DNA of 64,000 bases from Octopus bimaculoides. Lineage: Eukaryota. Positions within the stretch are counted from its first letter, which is position 1, and each line of letters begins with the position of its first letter. The notes under the pieces were generated by a model. The model was not told the DNA's origin and did no database searches. It worked only from the letters and a program-made list of their open reading frames with translations. Below are positions 55,011 to 64,000 of the stretch, piece by piece. The stretch is taken from contig NC_068993.1 in assembly GCF_001194135.2 (NCBI RefSeq), forward strand, positions 55,542,180-55,606,179. Direction: 5' to 3'. Both the position numbers and the translations under genes were made by a program.

Positions 55011-55424
55011 CTGTTATTAAAAAATGCTTTGTATGAGATCTTCCTTAACTTTTAAAATACAAATTTAATTTCTGTGGTAATAGTGTAATTATACTGTACT
55101 AACAATCCATTACAGTACTTCAATTACAGTGTCTTATATAGTACTTTAGTTACATGTTGGTACTTTATATCTCATCAACTGTCTTGTAAATTAGTTCACT
55201 ATTTATTGTAAGGCAGTGAAGGGTGTATATAATCTTGTAGTAAATGGACTGAATCTTGGCCAAATTCCTTGATAAACCACAGTAGACTCTATCACCTGGT
55301 GTTAATCGCAATGGTTAAATAATGAATATACTAGTAGAGAATAATGAAATGTAATGTCCAAGTGTATCAATGTATCAGTCTCGTTTGTGGGTTTTCTGTT
55401 TGTAATATGTAAGCATTTGTTCAA

Positions 55425-55602
55425 AATGTTTTGTGGTATTTCATCCACCTTTACTTTCTGAGTTCAAAATTCCACTGAGGTTGACTTTGCCTTTCATCCT
55501 TTTGGTTTCGATAAAATAAGTACCAGTTGAATGCTGGGGGGTCAATGTAATCGACTTATCCCCTACCCCAGACTTGCTGGCCTTGTGCCAAAATTTGAAA
55601 CC
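55425..55602 (+). mobile_element. tRNA-derived SINE, family A
   Basis: gagttcaaaattccactgaggttgactttgcctttcatcc...ccttgtgccaaaatttgaaacc. Confidence 0.8.
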
Positions 55603-57240
55603 ATTAGGTGTGCATTTGTTATTCTCATAAAATATTGAATTATTTTTCACCTCTGCTTAGAAAGCAGTGTGTTATTGTCAAAAGAAGTCACCGAATTGAT
55701 CTGAGGGTGTTTTTGAATTCTGCCAATGGTCTTCTGGCCATTAGAAGAGAATAGAACTAACAATACACTCCATCTGATAAATTTTCTTGGTTTGAAATTG
55801 ATGGCAAATGCATACATATAAAAAAAGTGAATGCATTAAAATGAATGGAGAGAGACAATGAGATATGAATTATTTCTGAAGAGGTTTATTTTTAAAGAAA
55901 TAATCATTTTGTGAATCTTTTTAGTCTTAACAATTTGGAGAAAATAATTAAGATTTCTAATGAAAATTGATGTCTGTTGTCATTGTTTTAAAATAACCAA
56001 CTTGAGGCTCATTAGTCAGAAATCTGTCTGTACAAGCCATATAATAATATTTCACTAGATTATCCTGCAAATCTGTAGCACAGTGTAAATGGTAAGCTGT
56101 TATCAGTATTGAAGTTTCCATTTGAAGTTACAGTCATTGACTTTGAGGAAGATGTGATTGTCTTAACCATCAACTCTCCCTAAAACTTTTACACTTCATG
56201 CCTTGTTGGCAGTGGGTAACCACTCCAGTGAACAAAGTTTTCCTTGAGACATTGGATATAGAATCACAATAAACTGAATTCCTTCTTGTTTCAGGAAGTA
56301 ACATCTATATCAGATTTTAAATCAAATTTCCTTCATTAACAGCTCTCTAATTAAAACATGATTTATTCAAACATTAATTCATATAAATGATAAAGAAGCA
56401 ACATTAGAGTAATCAAGTGATCTGAAAAAGTCCAGTTATGAAGTTATACTATGGGAATATCAGGTTCGTAGACTTGTGTTTGAGGGCATATTGAGGAGGG
56501 TGTAAGAGTTTCAAGCAAGTTAGCAACATACTTTGAGAATTCCAGCTGTAATGAAATTAACCAAACATTAGAATTGAATGATCACAAAGCAACAACAAAA
56601 GCAGGTCTATGAAATTGTCATAAAATTCACCAGAGACCAGAGTTATCTCTAAATTAGTTTTCATATTTGCGGTAAAATTAGTCCATGGCATTACAGATTA
56701 GGGATTAGATAAAGAAGGAAGCATGTTTAACCCTTTATGACCTTGTTTCTAGTGAAAAACACTCAGTATGTTTCGGTTAATTTTGATAATAATAGAAAAA
56801 ATATGGAAGCGTTTTGTAGAATAACAATTTAGCTGTAAGCAAGCTGGTGTTTGGAGCCTAACTTATCAAAAAGTTCTTGTATATAATAGTGATGGATGGT
56901 TTTAATTTAGATATGAACTCTTGGAAATCCTAGAAACAGATGCCACTCAGATGGATTGCTAAGAAAAGAGTGATGTCAGGTTCTACAACTAAACTTTTAC
57001 CAAGTTTTTGATAATGATAATAATAATAATAATAATAATAATAATTGGTTGTGCCTTTTAGTTTTGGTTTGTGCCTTATTCTTTGGTTCATAAAAGAATC
57101 AATCTATACAGGAGAATAGCTATCCAAACTAATGTAGCCATGTTCATTTGTTTTTATGTCTGTCTTTTTATGCCTGCATGAGTTAGATGAATATATTATT
57201 GAGGCATTGTTTTATAGCCAGATGACGTTCCTGTTGTTAC

Positions 57241-57276
<36 letters not shown>

Positions 57277-57626
57277 GGTGTGGTGGTGGTGGTGGTAATA
57301 ATGGATAAGGCTGATCTATGTATGATATTGTTTTTAAAATCTTCAGAAGCAAGCCTTACAACCTCATTTACTCACGTGAAAAGCAATTTATAAGTAAAGA
57401 ATGTTTATGTATTTAAAAAGTAACAAAACTTGTCTATTTGATATTTTGAAATTAGTTAAGTAGTTGTCTGTTGATAAGGTTGGTAATATGGTTATATTAT
57501 CTCATTTTTTTGTATTTCTAAATATTGAAACTCATGTTGTTGGGTCAGTTCAGCTCTTAATGGGCTGCGCCTTCACACTTGTTGGAGTATCTATATTGAT
57601 AACCTATTAGCTATTTGGTTCTCTGA

Positions 57627-57990
57627 GAGGCTGTGGTAAGAAGTTTGTTTCCCAACCACATAGACTGTGTCGCACTTTGGCCAAGTGTCTTGTACTGTAG
57701 TCTTGGGCTGACTAAAGCTTTGTGTGTGGGTTTGAAAGAAGTCCATCACATACATATATATGTGTGTGTGTGTGCGTGTGCATTGTTATGTTTGTCCTCA
57801 CTACCATTTGACATCAGTGTTGGTTTGTTCACATCCCCATGATTTAGTGGTTTGAGTGGGTTGGCAAAAAGAGACCAGTAGAATAAGACTTTAAAAAAAA
57901 AATGCAACAAGTACTGGGCCCAGTTTAGTTGAGTAAAACTTATCAACACAGTGCCCCCAGCACTGCCACAATCCACTGAAACAAATAAAA
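57627..57990 (+). mobile_element. tRNA-derived SINE, family B
   Basis: ggctgtggtaagaag...cccaaccaca...gactgaaacaaataaa-type end. Confidence 0.8.
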
Positions 57991-58085
57991 TATAAAGATA
58001 CCGGTTCAGCTCTCTCTCTCACTCTGCTCCCTCTCTCCCTCTTTCTCTCTCTCTCTCTGCTCTCCGCATCCCATTTGCTCTTTAA

Positions 58086-58305
58086 CCCTTTAATGTTCAG
58101 ATTACTCTGTTAAATGTAATTCCTTTTCACTCAAATTGTTTTGAATTAATCATGCATTATCTCATTGCTTTGAAATCTCAATGATGTGATTATTTATTTT
58201 TAGAATGTCAATGTGGGTTTGGTGTGAGAGGCTAGATGTGGCTAGTTCAAATATAAAACATGTAGAATATTTGGGCCGGATATGGCCGGTTTAAACACTA
58301 AAGGG
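58086..58305 (+). mobile_element. Complete piggyBac-like MITE
   Basis: TTAA at 58082-58085 and 58306-58309; termini ccctttaa / ctaaaggg. Confidence 0.8.
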
Positions 58306-58498
58306 TTAATGATTATTAAGTAAAATTATTATTGCTTGTTTTAAAGCTCTTTTAATCATTTTGAGGTATTGTAAAGATTGTTTTTGTTTGCATTGAATTC
58401 TAAGTATGTCTTTCTCTTGTTCCTTCCACTTGTAGGTTTTTTGTGTTGCTATTATTGCCATAGCTGTTCCTGTGTAAGCAGCAGGATCATTGTACAGT

Positions 58499-58588
58499 AT
58501 GACAAGTGAAGACAGTCCAATAATGACTGCCCCACCACCTCAGCCACCCCCAGTTTATCCACAGGACAATGTGCAAATGTTACAAAAT
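58499..58588 (+). CDS. SMARCA4: Brahma/SMARCA2/4 first coding exon (exon 58436-58588; MTSEDSPIMTAPPPQPPPVYPQDNVQMLQN)
   Basis: Acceptor ttccacttgtag, an in-frame TAA upstream of ATG 58499, and donor AAT|GTAAGT in phase 0. YPQDN...MLQN joins AINSMEEKGMQDDPRY, matching the recalled human SMARCA4 YPQDNMHQMHK|PMESMHEKGMSDDPRY and fly brm QENLHALQRAIDSMEEKGLQEDPRY. Confidence 0.88.
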
Positions 58589-58675
58589 GTAAGTATCTCA
58601 ACTGCCAAATCTTTCTTTGCTATTTGTTGAAATCAGCAACAACAGAATCTTGATTTACCTTACATATATATAGGC

Positions 58676-59020
58676 ACAGGCATGGCTGTGTGGCAGGAAG
58701 CTCGCTTCTTAACCACATGGTTCCAGGTTCAGTCCCACTGTGTGGCACCTTGGGCAAATGTCTTTTACTATAGCATTGGGCCAACCAAAACCTTGTGAGT
58801 GGATTTGGTAGACGGAAACTGAAAGAAGTCTGTTGTGTATATATATATATATATATAAGTATATATTTCTTTGTGTCTGTTTGTCTTCCCCTCCTCCTCC
58901 ATCACTTGACAACTAGTGTTGGTGTGTTTGCATCCTTGTAACTTAGCAGTTCAGCTAAAATGACTGATAAAATAAGTACCAGGTTTACAAAATGAGTACT
59001 GGGGTCAATTCATTCAACTA
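58676..59020 (+). mobile_element. tRNA-derived SINE, family B
   Basis: A-box-like tggctgtgtgg and B-box-like ggttcagtccca, full body. Confidence 0.85.
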
Positions 59021-59259
59021 ATATATATATATATATATATATATGTACATATATGGTGTTCCATCTAAATTTGATTTTTTTTTTATATCTCCTTTTTTTT
59101 CAAGCACAGTTTGGATGTATTGGTGAAAAATTAACAATTAGAAAGCATAAAGATTAAAGTTATAGCCGAGAAAAAGTTGGCTGACATGGAGGACTGGAAG
59201 CCATTTCAATATTCTTTCCTACTCGAGGCACAAGGCCTGAAACTTTGGGGGGAGGGCCA

Positions 59260-59293
<34 letters not shown>

Positions 59294-59456
59294 NNNNNNN
59301 NNNNNNNNNNNNNNNNNNNNNNNNNNNNNNNNNNNNNNNNNNNNNNNNNNNNNNNNNNNNNNNNNNNNNNNNNNNNNNNNNNNNNNNNNNNNNNNNNNNN
59401 NNNNNNNNNNNNNNNNNNNNNNNNNNNNNNNNNNNNNNNNNNNNNNNNNNNNNNNN

Positions 59457-59509
<53 letters not shown>

Positions 59510-60178
59510 GATAGTTGTCCACTTGTGACTGAGGAGGGCCATCACTGGCCATTGCCCATGCAGTGTTTCAACAATGTCTGTGCATGTGATTATTGCACTT
59601 GTGGTCAGCTTAACTCGGATTCACTCCTACAGCTTCCATGCTCGCCGTGGTGCCCTCCTACTCATCCTCACTGGCGATTGCACAAACTAAAATTTTAGGT
59701 CCAATGTCTTGCACATCTCACAGATCCTCTCCACTCCATTGGTATGATCCAGAGACACGCCATTGCAAGATATCCAGTGCCAATAAGGTTGCAGGCTCAG
59801 GAATGTGAGAATGCCATGATCTCAACACAAGCACTAGATCCGCAAAATGTTCATACACACACATACATATGAAAAAATAATTCAGATGAGATTTTGGCTT
59901 TTTTTTGCTTTCTAATTGTTAATTTTTCACCAATACATCCAAACTGTGCTTGAAAAAAAGGAGACATAAAAAAAAAAATCAAATTTAGATGGAACACCAT
60001 ATATGTACATATATATATATATAGTTGAATGAATTGACCCCCAGTACTCATTTTGTAAACCTGGTACTTATATAATCAGTCATTTTAGCTGAACTGCTAA
60101 GTTACAAGGATGCAAACACACCAACACTAGTTGTCAAGTGATGGAGGAGGAGGGGAAGACAAACACAGACACAAAGAA
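58867..60178. repeat. Inverted duplication with arms of about 280 bp (58867-59151 and 59902-60178)
   Basis: The arms are reverse complements by eye apart from a few substitutions and TA-tract length. They include non-SINE flank. Confidence 0.9.
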
Positions 60179-60407
60179 GGTAAATCAACACATAGTTGTT
60201 GAATATCAAGAAAATATATTGGTCTTGTGACTTGAGAATTGTGATCTCTGCTGCGAATTTGTCACCACTGGGAATGTGTCTTTGTGTTAGTGAGTTGGAT
60301 CTTTAATGTCACAAGCTGTGGCTGGCTAAGCACCAATTTTCAGAGCCCCTTATACTTTTATTATCATAAAAGTTGAGTTTGTAATTTTCTTTGGCTGTTT
60401 GAAATAT

Positions 60408-60610
60408 TTGCATTGAATTCTAAATATGCATTTCCCTTTTCTTTGCCACTTGTAGGTATTTTGTGTTGCTATTATTGCCATAGCTGTTCCTGTATAAGTA
60501 GCAGGATCATTGTACAGTATGACAAGTGAAGACAGTCCGATAATGACTACCCCACCACCTCAGTTTTACTCCTAGTTTATCCCCAGGACAATGTGCAAAT
60601 GTTACAAAAT
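60408..60610 (+). pseudogene. Degenerate direct duplicate of the Brahma start exon (pseudo-exon from 60456)
   Basis: Aligns to 58388-58588. Acceptor and ATG (60519) are intact, a 2-nt insertion patch gives TAG at 60573-60575, and the donor is replaced (aaaat|tttaac). Confidence 0.88.
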
Positions 60611-61498
60611 TTTAACAGCATTATTAAGAGTTTACTTACGAGCTACTAAGTTTGTAGAAGTAGTAGTTAGTACAAACTTTGTAAGAGATTTATTAGTATT
60701 TAGTATCTAATATGTTGCACAATTCAACACATGCCAGGTTGTTGACTCCTGTTAATGGAGATCAATTTGTTAGCATTTGGACTACCCACCCCACCTACAT
60801 TTTTCCTAGAGACATTGACCTAAGCTGGCTATCAGTTACCACTATCACTAGGCTAGAAGAGCCTTCAAAGATTGTACATAAGTTCTCTTCTGCCTTTAAC
60901 TAATTTATTTTTAAAAAAAGAGAGAATTTATAAGCAAATTAGATTTTTATTGTTTTTAATGATATCGCAATTGAAAGGATAAATGTGTTTATTGTATGTT
61001 TTTTACCTGAGGAAGAGGAAAGGAGCTAGCTGTTTTCAAGTATAAGTAAAAGATTTAAAATATTCAATATCAACCTGCTCAAGACTGCCCCTGGTTCAAT
61101 GATACAAGCTCCCTGTTTTAAAATATCATTTTAAACACTAGCGTAAAAATGACTGAGCTATTTTACTAAATTCTTCATTATTTTCAAAATTAATTGAAAT
61201 AAAGGCAGTGTGTTTCAGCAGAAATATGGTAACAAAAGAGTTAATAAATTTGCTATTTATTTTATAGACTCTCCATGTATCAGCAAAGTAGTAAATATAT
61301 TACAAGGGCTTCGTATAGGAGAGTAGTGAGTAATTTTCAGAAACAAAAGACAATGTTAATCTTGTGAAATTTGAGTGTGTTGTAACTTAATAGACTTTTT
61401 GTATTATGTTACCCAGTCCCCCTGCTCTGTTGCCCTTCCTGTTGCTCATTTTTAAATACTTGATGTTAATGTCTTCTGCTTTGTGTCTTCTTGTACAG

Positions 61499-62057
61499 GC
61501 TATTAATTCAATGGAAGAGAAAGGCATGCAGGATGACCCTCGATACTCTCACCTAGTGATAATTGCAAATCGAACCAAGGGAGTGGTGAGTGGAGGAGGA
61601 GGTAATGGCACTGCAAGTGGTCCTGGATCACAGGGTTCGACAGGCCCTCCTAATATGGGTGGCCCAGGCCAAGGAATGGGTATGAGTGGACCGGGCATGA
61701 CACCTGGAAACAATATGAATGGACCAAATATGAACAACTCAAACAGCAACATGTCGAACTCTAATATGGCCGGACCAAATGGTGGAAACATGAACAGTGG
61801 AATGGGGGGTAATCCTTCATCTGGTACCGGTGTAGGTGCTGCTGGATCAGGTAACCCACCCAATGTCTATGCCAATATGCAAGGACCTAATTCATGTGGT
61901 CCACCTGGGATGAATGGGCCGGCCATGAACAATATGTCCGGACCTAATAATGCTATGGTTGCAAACATGAATTCCAATATGAATGGTCCACCTGGACCCC
62001 CAAATTCCTCTGGAGCTAATCAGCAAGCTATTGAAACCAGTGAACAAGGACCACAAG
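61499..62057 (+). CDS. SMARCA4: Brahma/SMARCA2/4 second coding exon; EKGMQDDPRY motif followed by a G/N/M/P-rich low-complexity region
   Basis: Acceptor gtcttcttgtacag, donor AAG|GTAAGT in phase 1, 186 open codons. The gene continues beyond the window. It is probably the co-ortholog of SMARCA2 and SMARCA4 (brm). Confidence 0.92.
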
Positions 62058-62980
62058 GTAAGTGCTTATATTTATTTTTATATAACACACACACACACAC
62101 ACACATACACACATATATATGTTCACCATGTTGGACCACTGAACTCAACACGTTTTTTTTCATTCTCTTCCTATTTATTTCCTCTTATTCCTTTCTGTTG
62201 AAGAGCGTACGCTCGAAATGTAAAAGACTTTCTCATTTTTCCCAACCATCAAACTAATGCACTTGCTTGTTGTTCCTATACCTGTCTTTGTCTTTGTTAT
62301 ATATATANNNNNNNNNNNNNNNNNNNNNNNNNNNNNNNNNNNNNNNNNNNNNNATATATTTAACATAGTGTAATTCAAGAAACTTGAGACATAAAATATA
62401 AATAACTTTACAGATATTTATTTGAAAGTTTTAATTATGCTTTTGTTTCCTTGAAACATAATTGCATATCTTAAAGTCTTTGAGATGCTGTACCACTATT
62501 CTTCAGCTACCAAGAAAACTTTCTCTCTAAATTGTTATGCGTATGTCAGTAGCTTATTAAGATATAGCATTAACAGTTACCTTGATGTGTTTTATATTAG
62601 TTGAAATATATATAATGTAGATAACTGTACAGCTATTTATTTGAAAGCCTTATTTGTGGAGAGAATAATTGAGTAACTTACAGATAATTTTTTGGGGGAC
62701 AGTTGTCCCTTGTCAGAGATGTGCCACAGAGAACTTTTAATCTAAATTACTCTTTAGTTTTTTTTTTGTATGTGTATTTTTAAAACTTTCCTTTGATTTT
62801 CTTGTGTTTTATTTAAAAAAAAAATTTATTGATGTATTCAGCTGGTGTTTGCAATACAATTCAACTAAAAGGGGTTTACATAAAACTAACACAAACTTCT
62901 TGCTTGAAAACTTCCTTTAATTAAAGGTAATAACAGGTAGTGAAATTAAACTTGGTATTAAAATTACTGGTGCAGGAAGT

Positions 62981-63530
62981 CACCGAGCTGGCAGAATCGT
63001 AAGCATGCTGGGCAAAATGCATAGTGGCATTTCATTCGTTTTTACACTCTGAGTTCAAATTCTACCAAGATTGACTTTGTCTTTTATCCTTTTGGGGTCA
63101 ATAAAATAAGTACCAGTTGAGCGCTGGGGTCAATGTATTTGACTTTACACTCTCCCCGGAATTAGTGGCCTTGTGCCAAAGTTTGAAACCAAAATTACTA
63201 GGTGCCAGTATGGCTGTGTGGTAAGAAGTTTGCATCCCAACCACATGGTTCTGCATTCAGTCCCACTGCATTGCACCTTTGGCAAGTGTCTTCTATTATA
63301 CGCTTGGGTCAACCAAATTCTCATGAGTGGATTTGGTAGACGGAAACTGAAAAAAGCCTTTAAATGATGACGATGATGATACACACACACACATATCAGT
63401 GTGTGTGTGTGTCTTTGTGTTTGCCTCATGCCTCTGCATGACATCTGGTGTTGGTGTGTTTACATCCCCATAACTTACCAGTTCTGCAAAAGCAACTGAT
63501 GGAATAAGTACCAAGCTTTAAAAAGAATAA
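62981..63530 (+). mobile_element. Adjacent SINE family A (62981-63190) and family B (63208-63530) copies
   Basis: Same diagnostic motifs as the other copies. Confidence 0.8.
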
Positions 63531-63544
63531 TAAAGAAAGACTTG

Positions 63545-63720
63545 TTCACACTTCCATAGCCTTCTTTGCTTCATGCTACAGCTGATACCTAAAATATCCA
63601 AGGTTTTTTCGCAGCTCCTTGTGCCTCGTTGTTCATGCATGCTGACTTCACGCATCCAGCAAAGCCCACTTGCTTCGTTTCTTTCTAGCCTTTACATATC
63701 CCTCACATTCTGCACTTAAT
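63545..63720 (-). mobile_element. RTE LINE C-terminal ORF fragment
   Basis: The reverse strand reads RLERNEASGLCWMREVSMHEQR, the RTE RLERNEASMLRWMC motif. Confidence 0.75.
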
Positions 63721-64000
63721 GTCTTGCTAACCTGATATATCACAATCTGTACCCTTCACTCAGAAAGTTGTTGTTTTGCTCCAAGTGAGTCTCGATCCAG
63801 CAGATATACAATCAAAGGCACTCCTGTCTTGACTCTTTCATTTCATGTGTCTAGGACCACATCTTTGTGTCCTTCCTGTTTTAATATGGTTGGATGTGAT
63901 TTGGGGGAATTTGGCAGCTTTTACTAGCATACTAGTAGACTATGTAAGTGCATAGAGGCTCTGTTGTGTCCAGAGAAATAGCAGCTGCTTGATCAGTTTC

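Noticed and set aside
59160-59698. ORFs with (RE)n or (LS)n runs
   Set aside because: They come from the (CT)n microsatellite plus an N gap.
61268-61329. AG/GT-bounded 62-nt segment just upstream of Brahma exon 61499
   Set aside because: There is a stop in the required phase and the splice sites are ordinary. Nothing distinguishes it from chance.

Overview
This is a eukaryotic, AT-rich, repeat-dense window with several assembly gaps. The SINE, LINE and MITE families and the microsatellite style point to a coleoid cephalopod, probably Octopus (inference). Two intron-containing + strand genes are well supported. (1) The 3' part of a MIER-family (ELM2-SANT) corepressor has exons 5012-5106, 7708-7835 and 8253-8772, plus a possible in-frame cassette exon at 1659-1742. 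(2) The 5' part of a Brahma/SMARCA2/4 SWI-SNF ATPase gene has its start exon at 58436-58588 (ATG 58499) and its next exon at 61499-62057. Between them lie a possible unannotated multi-exon - strand gene (about 13.7-23.0 kb, low to moderate confidence) and a CpG-retaining, microsatellite-rich block of about 12 kb (23.6-36.2 kb). That block shows mirror-image purine/pyrimidine skew and outward-facing splice donors, which resembles a divergent promoter. The rest is intron containing tRNA-derived SINEs, decayed RTE LINEs, mariner fragments, and piggyBac-, Tigger- and hAT-like MITEs. The most unusual structure is at the Brahma start exon. A diverged second copy of the exon lies 2 kb downstream with its acceptor and ATG kept, its donor lost and an early stop. 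A near-identical inverted duplication of about 280 bp sits between the two copies. No CRISPR arrays, rRNA or true tRNA genes were seen. All alignments and counts were done by eye and no database searches were run.
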